A stretch of 45,906 bases of DNA. Source: Nitrosopumilus sp. GTDB taxonomy: Archaea > Thermoproteota > Nitrososphaeria > Nitrososphaerales > Nitrosopumilaceae. Position 1 is the first letter of the stretch. The number at the start of each line of letters is the position of its first letter. The stretch lies in contig CBDBLO010000001.1 in assembly GCA_965207075.1 (NCBI GenBank), positions 1 to 45,906 on the forward strand, given 5' to 3'. The notes under the pieces are model-generated. The model was not told where the DNA came from. It did not search any database and saw only the letters and a program-made list of their open reading frames with translations. The position numbers and the translations under genes are program-made. Shown piece by piece: positions 1 to 10,600 of the stretch.

Positions 1-3000
1 AATGACTACATTACGCTGCGAGTATCAGGTACGGAATCCGTGTTTGGCCCCGTTTCCTTGTCAGTACTTGACGAGGACGGCGAGGTGGATACTGACGCGC
101 TTAGCAGTGTTATACAGTTTGGCACCAACAACCAAGTGCGTCTCAACATAACGGAGACTGCCATACAAGGACCAACCCAGTTTGTCCTGATAACCACCTA
201 TGCCGGCGTAACTACGACCTCAAACAGTTGGACTGCGAACATGCCCGTACTGCTTACCCTAGACGACATCATCGTAAATGAATGGGACAATGGTTCGCTC
301 ATACTGGACATAACAGGTACCAAGCAAGCAATCGTACCGAATGTCGCCGACAGCATCGACGTCAGAATATCTGGTACTACTACAAACGTGGGTACTGCTA
401 CTGGTTTCAGTGACGGCGTGGTAAACGGCACGGTAACGCTTGGCGCCGACGACCTCCAATTATCCGGCACTACTGTACAGCTTGAACTGGTGGAAGACAC
501 CGGAGCCCCGAGTACGATCTTCACATCAAACCCCCTATCCAGAGACATACCCCCGATACTGACCAACCTGCAAGTTGTCACAACCGGCAGTAACGCGGGC
601 CAGTGGAACGGCGGGAACTTTGAGGTAAGGGTGACGGGACTCAGCAACGGCATTGCCGAGGCTACCGAGATTGACTTGCAAGCAGACGTCGACGATGAAT
701 GGAAGACGGTTGTGTCATACTCAGCTACGGGACTGCGGATACTGTCTGGCGGCGACATACGCGCCACGGTATCCATAACGGACATATCTCTGTCCGGAGA
801 TACCGTGTTCAGGCTGGTGACTGGCACTGACAGAGGCAATGACTATGCCAACGACGCCGCATCAAACAACTCGACGGCTGTGCGCATTCCGCACATACTC
901 ACATCCCTGCCGACCGTCACGCCGATTGGTGACTGGACGGCCGGTGGCGAACTTACCATAAACGTAAGGGGAACCTCTGGCTTGGGTGCTACTGCCACGT
1001 CTCTGCAACTGCAGGCGGTGATAGACAACACGTTTGAACCCATAGGTACAGCCCATACCGCCGACCTTACAGGCGGCAACATCGACTACAATGCAACCTT
1101 GGCCGACGTCTCACTGTCCGGAACAACAGCCACGTTCAAACTGGTAGCCACTGAGACTACCGGTAGTACTGTAGCAGAGTCAGGTAACAGGACCGTAAGC
1201 ATACCTGCGGCACTGACCCTGACAGACGTGAGTTTCGGCCCCGCAGGCTGGACTAACACGACTGCTGATAATCATGCACTCAACCTGTTTGTACAAGGCA
1301 ACAGCAAACTGACTGCAGGTGCAACACTGCAGGTGTCTGCCAACAACGGTGAGACATGGACAGATGTTGGCCCTGCAAGCACAGCTGCGGGTGACATATC
1401 TGACGCGGTGATATCTCTAACCGACACGGAGCTGGCAGGCGAATCCGTCCAGTTCAGACTGGATGCAGATTCTGGCGCAAACACGGCAGTATCGAATACC
1501 CTATCAAGGGTTATTCCGGCACTGCCATCGAGCAGCAGCGTCGACATGGCACCCACGCCGATATCCTTCTCCACGCAGAACGGATTCCCGCCCATAACCA
1601 GGGCAGTAATCAACGACATCAGCGAGATACCGGCCGTACACAACGTGCAGGCGTCACCACCGGTGGCAATATACACCTGGTCAGATGACGACAAGACCGT
1701 CGAGGCGTTCAGCGACAGGCTCAGACTATCCGAGCCTTCCGAGAGGAACACCATAACGGGCAACTCTAAGATCGTCATATACGGATGGGAGCCACCCACG
1801 TTTGCCGACGGCGTCACAACGCTGTTCAACTGGAACTTTGGTTCCATACTGAGCGACAGCATCGCGGCCGGCACGATCATAACCGAGATCAGACTTGCAA
1901 ACACAGCCCACACCGAAAGTGTGCTACTGGGCGACGGTGACTCCGGCCTGGTGGACATCACTGCCATGAAGGACGACATCGAGGCCCTCGGCGACACCGT
2001 AGACCTGGTCATCATGATGGATAACACCAACATCGACCACGTGTGCGGCGACATTACGTTGGTTGCTGACTTCTTCACGTTCGGACAGAACGACGATGAC
2101 GGTAGGGTGAACAACGCCATATACCGCATCGAGGTCGAGGAGGCCAGCAGCAACTCTGCCGACTTTGAGGGCACCGTGGAGTACACCATGCTCAACCAGC
2201 TGAACATCGACGATCCCAACACGTACACCGGCCTGAGGACCATCTCAGACCAGGTGTCGATCATAGTCCACGAGGACTTTACCGACGAGGACTCCGTGAG
2301 GGTCAACTATCTCGACTTGGGCGCCGACGGCGTATCAACCCAGATAGCGATCCAGCAGGCGGCCCCGACGCACAGCGCCGTGGTCTCCTTTGACGCGGAG
2401 AGCTACAAGGTTGCCGACACCGTTACAATCACGCTGGAGGATGCCGACCTCAACGTCCAGAACGACGTGATAGACATCTACACGTTCTCCAACGTGCACA
2501 CCGACTACATCGGAGACGACGGCGCGTACATCCTCGACGTCACATTTGACGACGAGCTATGGACCTCCGGAGAATGTGAGGGAGCCGACGGATTTGCATC
2601 CACCGGCTTCACGCTGCAGGAGACTGCGGCAGGCTCCGGCGTCTTTACGGGCGACTTCCAGATACCCGAGTACTACTGCCAGTCGAGCACCACCACCATG
2701 GTCTCCGTAACCGGCGTGGACATTGAAGTCAACTATCAGGACTTCCGTGACGCGTCCGGCGAGGAGATCGAGGTCGGAGCGGGAGCGGCGGTTCGTGCCA
2801 ACACTGGTACGGTATCGCTTGACCGCACCGTATACCCGGTGCCGTTCGCGGCAGACGTGTTCGAGCACACCACAGGCACGCTCGGCCAGCACGATCTGAC
2901 GGTCCACGTCACCATAGACGATCCGGACTTTGACATATCGGCTGCCGGCGAGGACGTGATATCCAACGCCACCGAGTACCTGACCGTACAGGTCATACGC

Positions 3001-4725
3001 GGCTCGGCATCCCAGACGATCGACTTGGACGACGCGCAGATCCTCGAGACCGCGCCCGACAGCGGCGCGTTCGAGCTTGACCTGCCACTCGCGTACGACG
3101 CCGGTCCGGACGGATCGATACTGCAAGGAGACATCCTGCAGGTCGAGTACCGCGACCCGACTGACGCGTCAGGCGAAGAGAACACCGTCACAGACTCTGC
3201 TACCTTCGACCTGCGCAACGGCGTGCTCCAGTCAGACAAGTCCGTCTACATCATCGGCTCAGACATGATCCTGACGCTGATAGAGCCGGACCTTGACCTG
3301 GAGAACGACGGCGCCGAGTCCTACACGCTCGACCTGATCGAGTGGGACTCTGACGCAGCGACGCTCGGCATGGACAACCCAGTGTTCGATCCAGAGCCAT
3401 CCGAGCTCCGTGAGACGGGAGACTCCACCGGAATATTCCAGGTGATAGTCGAGATTCCCGCGGAGATCGACGGCGACCGCCTCGAGAGGGGTGAGGAGAT
3501 CGAGCTGGAGTACGTGGACTGGGGTCCGTCAGGCGCCGACTATGTCGGCGACGAGAGTGAGGACGTCGGACTGACGGTATTCACCTCCAACTTTGGCGCG
3601 ACCATCGAGCTGGACCAGAAGGTGTACACGTGGACCGACAAGGTCTACATCACCATCGTGGCGCCAGACCACAACTTCGACTCCGCACTGGTGGACGAGA
3701 TAGGCGACTCCAACCTCGACCCGATACAGGTATCCACGCGCAGTGCCGACATCGACAACTACAAGCTTGTCGAGACCGGTCCTGACACGGGAATCTTCAC
3801 GGGTGAGGTGATCCTTATCGGATTCGACCACAACGCGGACGGCGACACCGAGACTGGTACCGAGGCAGGTTACGACAACCCGCAGCGTGACACCAGTCCA
3901 GACGGCAGCGGACCCACCAACGGCTACCTCCAGACTGACGATGACGACGGCATCACCGTCTCATTCGAGTACTCGGAGGACGAGACCGTAGTGGGCTCTG
4001 CTCTCATCAGGTGGAACATAGGCGAAGTGCAGTGGCTCGAGTCATCGTACCCGGCATCCGGCACAGGAGTGGTCAGGGTCATCGACCCAGACATGAACTG
4101 GAACCCGGAGGCAGTGAACAACTTTGTGGTTGACGTGTGGTCAGACGCCGACAACGGCGGAATAGACCTCACCGTAACCGAGACCAACGAGGCGACCGGA
4201 ATATTCGAAGGCACGGTGTTCTTCACCATAACCGACGAGTCATCCGGGCACCGCCTCCGCGTCGCAGAGGGCAACACTGTAACGGCCGAGTATGAGGACA
4301 ACACGCTACCAGACCCGTACACGACAGCAGACGAGCTTGACATAACGGCAACCACGCTGATCGGCACCATCGTGCCTCCGCTGGAGAGGGCGCCCGCGAC
4401 CAACCTTAGGATCGTGGATGCCTTCGGCAACAGCCTAGACACGGTGTCTGCAGACCAGCAGGTGCAGATCGTGGCAGACCTGGCCAACGGCCAGGACCGC
4501 TCCCAGGCCTTTGCCTATCTGGTACAGGTCCAGGACGCAAACGGTGTCACGGTCGCGCTCTCTTGGATATCCGGAACGCTGGAGGCAGGACAGTCACTGA
4601 GTCCGTCAACATCATGGATTCCATCCGAGGCGGGAACCTACACGGCAACCGCGTTCGTATGGGAGTCAGTTGACAACCCGACTGCCCTATCGCCGCCGGT
4701 CACAACCGACATCACCGTAAGCTAG
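1..4725 (+). CDS. slaA: S-layer protein SlaA paralogue A, 5' end outside window
   Basis: Frame is open from base 1 (NDYITLRVSGTESV...). Acidic, Thr-rich protein. C-terminal part has thaumarchaeal SlaA motifs (DLRNGVLQSDKSVYIIGSD, LDQKVYTWTDKVYITIVAPDHN, AFVWESVDNPTALSPP). Confidence 0.9.
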   Translation, partial: NDYITLRVSGTESVFGPVSLSVLDEDGEVDTDALSSVIQFGTNNQVRLNITETAIQGPTQFVLITTYAGVTTTSNSWTANMPVLLTLDDIIVNEWDNGSLILDITGTKQAIVPNVADSIDVRISGTTTNVGTATGFSDGVVNGTVTLGADDLQLSGTTVQLELVEDTGAPSTIFTSNPLSRDIPPILTNLQVVTTGSNAGQWNGGNFEVRVTGLSNGIAEATEIDLQADVDDEWKTVVSYSATGLRILSGGDIRATVSITDISLSGDTVFRLVTGTDRGNDYANDAASNNSTAVRIPHILTSLPTVTPIGDWTAGGELTINVRGTSGLGATATSLQLQAVIDNTFEPIGTAHTADLTGGNIDYNATLADVSLSGTTATFKLVATETTGSTVAESGNRTVSIPAALTLTDVSFGPAGWTNTTADNHALNLFVQGNSKLTAGATLQVSANNGETWTDVGPASTAAGDISDAVISLTDTELAGESVQFRLDADSGANTAVSNTLSRVIPALPSSSSVDMAPTPISFSTQNGFPPITRAVINDISEIPAVHNVQASPPVAIYTWSDDDKTVEAFSDRLRLSEPSERNTITGNSKIVIYGWEPPTFADGVTTLFNWNFGSILSDSIAAGTIITEIRLANTAHTESVLLGDGDSGLVDITAMKDDIEALGDTVDLVIMMDNTNIDHVCGDITLVADFFTFGQNDDDGRVNNAIYRIEVEEASSNSADFEGTVEYTMLNQLNIDDPNTYTGLRTISDQVSIIVHEDFTDEDSVRVNYLDLGADGVSTQIAIQQAAPTHSAVVSFDAESYKVADTVTITLEDADLNVQNDVIDIYTFSNVHTDYIGDDGAYILDVTFDDELWTSGECEGADGFASTGFTLQETAAGSGVFTGDFQIPEYYCQSSTTTMVSVTGVDIEVNYQDFRDASGEEIEVGAGAAVRANTGTVSLDRTVYPVPFAADVFEHTTGTLGQHDLTVHVTIDDPDFDISAAGEDVISNATEYLTVQVIRGSASQTIDLDDAQILETAPDSGAFELDLPLAYDAGPDGSILQGDILQVEYRDPTDASGEENTVTDSATFDLRNGVLQSDKSVYIIGSDMILTLIEPDLDLENDGAESYTLDLIEWDSDAATLGMDNPVFDPEPSELRETGDSTGIFQVIVEIPAEIDGDRLERGEEIELEYVDWGPSGADYVGDESEDVGLTVFTSNFGATIELDQKVYTWTDKVYITIVAPDHNFDSALVDEIGDSNLDPIQVSTRSADIDNYKLVETGPDTGIFTGEVILIGFDHNADGDTETGTEAGYDNPQRDTSPDGSGPTNGYLQTDDDDGITVSFEYSEDETVVGSALIRWNIGEVQWLESSYPASGTGVVRVIDPDMNWNPEAVNNFVVDVWSDADNGGIDLTVTETNEATGIFEGTVFFTITDESSGHRLRVAEGNTVTAEYEDNTLPDPYTTADELDITATTLIGTIVPPLERAPATNLRIVDAFGNSLDTVSADQQVQIVADLANGQDRSQAFAYLVQVQDANGVTVALSWISGTLEAGQSLSPSTSWIPSEAGTYTATAFVWESVDNPTALSPPVTTDITVS

Positions 4726-4802
4726 TATATACAGAAAACACACAGAAAAAATTTCCCCTTTTTCTTTTTTTATTTTTGACAGATGACAGCGGATGCTGTG
4801 AC
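4105..4802 (+). repeat. Left arm of ~0.7 kb inverted repeat (slaA 3' end plus 77 bp downstream)
   Basis: Reverse complement of 6930-7627; paired coordinates sum to 11732. Protein is identical after MNW(N/D)PEA and nucleotide spot checks are identical. Match ends sharply at 4802/6930. Confidence 0.92.
4745..4777 (+). terminator. Oligo-T archaeal terminator of slaA-A (mirror copy at ~6955-6987 for slaA-B)
   Basis: Pyrimidine/T-rich tract TTTCCCCTTTTTCTTTTTTTATTTTT starting about 25 nt after the stop codon. Confidence 0.6.
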
Positions 4803-5067
4803 ATTAGTATGCGCCAACACGCGCCAGACTGTATCTGGGGCCGGTTGATGAGCAACAGGAACGGTAACCGAGTATATGATGCCCTTGTCGCATATAGGGT
4901 GGCATAACGGAGTATGCGGAATTTTCAGCTTAATAACGCAAACTGATGTGATATCATGACAGAAATCGCCGCATAATTTCCAACCAGTAGCAAATGAAAA
5001 ATCCACTAGTGTGTTTCGTCACAATTACAACGAGCTCTGACAGCTCGAATATATCGTAGTTAGATAA

Positions 5068-6745
5068 TAGACAATATGCGTAATCGGCATATTTTTAATG
5101 AACATAAACATTTTCGTGCCTAGGATCTGCCCGGAAAACGGGTTAAGTGATCTCAATCAAAAGATCTATAAACAAACTCCCGCGATAATGCGGCATGGGA
5201 ATGCGGATGTTAAAGGCCGCGGGGAAGGCCAAGGGGAAAAATGATGATCAATATTTCTGCGTCAGCGACGACAAGGAAGAAAAGGACTGGCTGTCTGACG
5301 TGCCCGTCGTTGATGATTCAACCCTGCTGGAAAGCGCCGGAGACACGGAACTGTGTCTTGCGAATATGAGAAGAGTGCTGGCGTCCGATGCAAAGCTGCA
5401 CGCGATGACCGGGTACAGCAGTAAAGAGTTCGGGATGCTGTACCGCGCCTTTGCGGCGGGGTGGGAGGCCATGGAGGCCGAGGAGATCGAGAGGCGGCGC
5501 CAGTACGAAAAGGCGCGCGCAGGGAAGAGGGGCCCGAGGCCCGCCGCGGATGCGTACGAGGACTATATCAGGAACGTTCCGCTCGTACGCGACGACCCGG
5601 TCAGGGCGTCGGAGCCGGGCAACCGGTGCGCGCTCCATCCCGCGTACGTGCTGCTGCTAGACCTGACACGCAAATACCGCAACAACTGCCAGGACCAGTT
5701 GGGCGTCATCTTCGGCATCGACCAGGCCGCCGTGTGCAGGTACGTCAGGGTCGCGGACCGCATACTTGCCACCATGCTGCCCGCCCCGCACAGGTTCATG
5801 GACATCCTGCGGCACGTCCACTCGCCAAGGGAGTTCGCCGCACTGTTCCCCGGGGGCGCCGGGGCCGACACCATACTGCTTGACGGCACCCACGTCCGGT
5901 TCGTCAGGGCGGGGGACAAGGAGGTGCGCGACGCCATGTACTCGGGCAAGAAGAAGGCGTACACCGGCAACACCGTGGTCATGACCATGCCAGACGGCAT
6001 GGTGATCGCGATCAGCCGCACGCTCCAGGGCAGCGTGCACGACATTACGATAACCCGGGAGTTCCTCGGCGACCTGGGGTCGTTCGCGGAGGACGTGCTC
6101 GGGGCGGACCTGCCCAAGGGGGCGGGCAGGATGGCGCTCCGCGTGCTCGGGGACTCCGGGTTCCAGGGGCTGGACAAGGACCTGCCGGGCGCCGAGGTGG
6201 TGACCCCGATAAGGAAGCCGAGGGGCGGGCAGCTCACCAAGAAGCAGAAGGCGCACAACAAAAGGCTGTCCAAGGAGAGGGTCGTAGTGGAGAACGCCAT
6301 CGCGTCCGTCAAGCACTACCGGCGCGTATCCTCCGTATACGAGGGGACCCTCGAGGACTTCAACACCGAGTTCAACGTCGCGTGCGGGCTTGCCAACGCG
6401 AGGCTCATGCTCCGAAACGGCACCTACGGCCACTGGCAGTCCGTCCTAGGCGGCGGCGGGAAGGGCCGCTAACGCGGGGCCGGCGGCAGCCTGCCGCCGG
6501 CGGCAGCCACCCAGAACACATCGCGGAAAAGGCCGGCTCTTGCCCGGGTTTTTTCCGCGGCCGCAGTTGCCGTAATTAATTGCATGTCACGTATTTTTCC
6601 GGCATTTTTGGCGCCATGATTAATTCACGGCCCACGTTGCACTCACACACATGTAATTAATTCCAAAAAACTTCGCAAATTGCCCCGGCATGTGGTCATT
6701 ATGCATGCCTGTGTGAATTTTTTCTTTAATTACGCATATTGTCTA
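5068..6745 (+). mobile_element. Complete IS5-family (ISL2-like) insertion sequence
   Basis: Terminal inverted repeats TAGACAATATGCGTAAT (5068-5084) and ATTACGCATATTGTCTA (6729-6745), extendable to 24/25 (5060-5084 vs 6729-6753). Possible TA target duplication. Single transposase ORF. Confidence 0.88.
5195..6472 (+). CDS. DDE transposase (HTH_Tnp_4 + DDE_Tnp_4 type, IS5 family)
   Basis: Motifs LGVIFGIDQAAVCRY (HTH), LLDGT, YSGKKK, GSVHD, GDSGFQG and HNKRLSKERVVVENAIASVKHYR. Confidence 0.9.
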   Translation: MGMRMLKAAGKAKGKNDDQYFCVSDDKEEKDWLSDVPVVDDSTLLESAGDTELCLANMRRVLASDAKLHAMTGYSSKEFGMLYRAFAAGWEAMEAEEIERRRQYEKARAGKRGPRPAADAYEDYIRNVPLVRDDPVRASEPGNRCALHPAYVLLLDLTRKYRNNCQDQLGVIFGIDQAAVCRYVRVADRILATMLPAPHRFMDILRHVHSPREFAALFPGGAGADTILLDGTHVRFVRAGDKEVRDAMYSGKKKAYTGNTVVMTMPDGMVIAISRTLQGSVHDITITREFLGDLGSFAEDVLGADLPKGAGRMALRVLGDSGFQGLDKDLPGAEVVTPIRKPRGGQLTKKQKAHNKRLSKERVVVENAIASVKHYRRVSSVYEGTLEDFNTEFNVACGLANARLMLRNGTYGHWQSVLGGGGKGR

Positions 6746-6929
6746 TTGTCTAATGCGTCTATCTACTCATGAGTCAATTATGGACAGTCGCTCAAATCAA
6801 CATCATATTGTTGTTCGCAATCCGTCGTCTATCAGATCCAACGGCCGCCTCGGCGATATTACGGCTAAATTTTACGCCTGAACACCGGCGAATCAGAGGA
6901 AAGATGATGCTTGTGCAAGTATGGCAAAG

Positions 6930-7627
6930 GTCACAGCATCCGCTGTCATCTGTCAAAAATAAAAAAAGAAAAAGGGGAAATTTTTTCTGTGTGTTTTCTG
7001 TATATACTAGCTTACGGTGATGTCGGTTGTGACCGGCGGCGATAGGGCAGTCGGGTTGTCAACTGACTCCCATACGAACGCGGTTGCCGTGTAGGTTCCC
7101 GCCTCGGATGGAATCCATGATGTTGACGGACTCAGTGACTGTCCTGCCTCCAGCGTTCCGGATATCCAAGAGAGCGCGACCGTGACACCGTTTGCGTCCT
7201 GGACCTGTACCAGATAGGCAAAGGCCTGGGAGCGGTCCTGGCCGTTGGCCAGGTCTGCCACGATCTGCACCTGCTGGTCTGCAGACACCGTGTCTAGGCT
7301 GTTGCCGAAGGCATCCACGATCCTAAGGTTGGTCGCGGGCGCCCTCTCCAGCGGAGGCACGATGGTGCCGATCAGCGTGGTTGCCGTTATGTCAAGCTCG
7401 TCTGCTGTCGTGTACGGGTCTGGTAGCGTGTTGTCCTCATACTCGGCCGTTACAGTGTTGCCCTCTGCGACGCGGAGGCGGTGCCCGGATGACTCGTCGG
7501 TTATGGTGAAGAACACCGTGCCTTCGAATATTCCGGTCGCCTCGTTGGTCTCGGTTACGGTGAGGTCTATTCCGCCGTTGTCGGCGTCTGACCACACGTC
7601 AACCACAAAGTTGTTCACTGCCTCCGG
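6930..7627 (-). repeat. Right arm of ~0.7 kb inverted repeat
   Basis: Reverse complement of 4105-4802. Confidence 0.92.
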
Positions 7628-10600
7628 ATCCCAGTTCATGTCTGGGTCGATGACCCTGACCACTCCTGTGCCGGATGCCGGGTACGATGACTCGAGCCAC
7701 TGCACTTCGCCTATGTTCCACCTGATGAGAGCAGAGCCCACTATGGTCTCGTCCTCCGAGTACTCGAATGAGACGGTGATGCCGTCGTCATCGTCGGTCG
7801 CGAGGTAGCCGTTGGTGGGTCCGGCGCCGTCATCGCTGGTGTCACGCTGCGGGTTGTCGTAGCCCGCCTCGGTACCAGTCTCGGTGTCGCCGTCCGCGTT
7901 GTGGTCGAATCCGATAAGGATCACCTCGCCCGTGAATATGCCCGTGTCAGGACCGGTCTCGACAAGTCTGTAGTTGTCGATGTCGTCGCTGCGCGTGGAC
8001 ACCTGTATCGGGTCGTCGCTGGACTCGCCTATCTCGTCGATCAGTGCGGAGTCGAAGTTGTGGTCTGGCGCCACGATGGTGATGTAGACCTTGTCGGTCC
8101 ACGTGTACACCTTCTGGTCCAGCTCGATGGTCGCGCCAAAGTTGGAGGTGAAGACAGTCAGTGTGACGTCCTCGGTCTCGTCGCCGACATAGTCGGCTCC
8201 GGACGGACCATGGTCCACGTACTCGAGCTCGATCTCCTCGCCCCTCTCGAGGCGGTCGCCGTCGATCTCGTCGGGAATCTCGACCACCACCTGGAATATT
8301 CCAGTGGAGCTTCCAGTCTCACGGAGTCCGGACGGCTCTGGATCGAACTTGTCGCTTTGGCCTAGGCCGAGCGTCGCGGCGTCAGAGTCCCACTCGATCA
8401 GATTGAGCGGGTAGGTCTCTGAGCTGTCACTGTCAAGGTCAAAGTCCGGCTCGATCAGCGTCAGGATCATGTCTGAGCCGATGATGTATACGGACTTGTC
8501 AGACTGCAAGACACCGTTGCGGAGATCGAACGTAGCCGAGTCCGTTACGGTGTTGGTATTGCCTGACGCGTCGGTCGGGTCGTTATACTCGACCTGCAGT
8601 ATGTCGCCCTGGTTGATGGTAAAGTTAACCAGGGGGCGGTTCGGATCGCTCATGTCGATGACCTCGACCATGTATGGGATGCCCCAGTCAAGCTCGAACG
8701 CACCCGCGGTGGGTGCCACCTCGAAAATATCTTGCGACGGAATCGGTATCAGTCCTTCAAACGAGCCGCGGCTAACCGTTAGCTCCAAGACGTCCGAAGA
8801 CACAGTGTCTATGCCGGTCGGTGCCTGGTCAAAGTCGGGATCGCTGATAGTTATCTGTACCGTCAGATCGCGCTGGCCGTATTCGGTGCCGCTGGCGTCC
8901 TCGATGTTGGAATCACCTGGAATCGGGACCGGGTATACCGTCCTGTCAAAGGATACGGTACCGGTGTTTGCGCGTACAGACGCGCCCGCTCCGACCTCGA
9001 TCTCTGAGCCAGACGCGTCACGGAAGTCCTGATAGTTGACTTCAATGTCCACGCCGGTTACGGATCTTATGGTGGGATCGCCGTTGTTTTTGCTCGTGTT
9101 GGGTGCTTGGCAGTACACTGACGGAATCTGGAAGGTGCCGGTAAATACGCCAGAGCCCTGTGCGGTCTCTATCAGCGTAAAGCCGGTGTCTCCAAGTCCC
9201 GTGTCAGCACCACCGAACTCGTCGTCGGTACATCCGTTTACAGTCCAGGTCTCGTCGTCAAACGTGACGTCCAGCAGGAGCGTGCCCGCTGTAGCGTCGC
9301 CTATCGTATCAAGGCCCGACGTGATCGAGTAGATGTCTATGACATCGTTGTCCACGTTCAGGTCAGCGTCCTCCACCGTTATGGTGACGGTATCTGCAAT
9401 CTTGTAGCTCTCAGAGTCAAGAGACACCACGCCGCTGTGCGTCGGGGCTTCCTGCTGGGCCGTTACAGTTTCCAGCACGCCGTCAGCTCCCAGACCCGTA
9501 TATTGGATCCGGATGGAGTCCTCTGCTGTCATGTCAGCGTCTACAAGGATCAAGACGTCCTCGCCTATGATTCTCAGCTTGTCGTATACACCGCTGTCTT
9601 TGCCTATGTTGAGCTGGTTGAGCATGACATACTCGATTGTGCCCTCAAATACGCCGCTGTCGGCGCTTGTCTCCTCCAGTTCGATCCTGTAGGCAGCGTT
9701 GTTGACGCCGTTCTCCGGATCGAACTCGGAGATGATCGGGAACGGCCCATCTACCATCGGAGCTTGCACCTCCGTGGGAGGTCCCTCCTGGATAAGATGG
9801 ACGACAACCGCGCCGGTTCCACCTACGCTCAATCCGGAGACAAATTCTTGTCCGGATGACTCGTCAGTGGACCAGAGTTCATTCCCTGCAGCGTCTTCAA
9901 TGGACACGCCCACTATTTCAAAGCCACGGTCAACGCTAAAGTCCCAGGTAAAGAAGGACTCGGGACCGGCGGCAGGGGTGGCCTGCGCATCGACTATACT
10001 GCTGGTGTCCGCATATGGATCCAGCATTTTGGCGATTGCGCCGCCTGTGGATGCGCCGCTTGTAGACGTTGTGGGATATGGCGCTGGGGGCAACTCTATC
10101 GGGAACTGGTATTGGAAGGCTCCGCTTACATATAGGGGGCTATCAGTACCACACGCCGATATTGTGTTGGTATCCGGATCATACTTGAAAGTGAGGGGCG
10201 CCGTATTAGGCGTCGTCTGCACGTTGTGTACGGCCGGTATCTCGCTGATGTCGTTGATTACTGCCCTGGTTATGGGCGGGAATCCGTTCTGTGCGGAGAA
10301 GGATATCGGCGTGGGTGCCATGTCGACGCTGCTGCTTGATGCCGGCAGTGCCGGAACGACCCTTGATAGGGTATTCGATACTGCTATTGGGTCAGTGCCT
10401 GTATCCAGCCTGAACTGGACGCGTTCGCCTGCCAGCTCCGTGTCGGTTAGACGTACCACCGCGTCAGTTATGTCACCCGCCGCAGTGCTTGCCTCTCCAA
10501 CATTTGTCCATGCCTCACCATCGGTGGACACTTGCAGTGTTGCACCTGTACTCAATTTGCTGTTGCCTGTTACAAACAGGTTGATTCCAAGTACATCACT

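Noticed and set aside
4803-5059. ORF 4770-5006 and ORF 6769-7020 in the spacer between the slaA genes
   Set aside because: They run into terminator tracts, have atypical composition and show no protein motifs.
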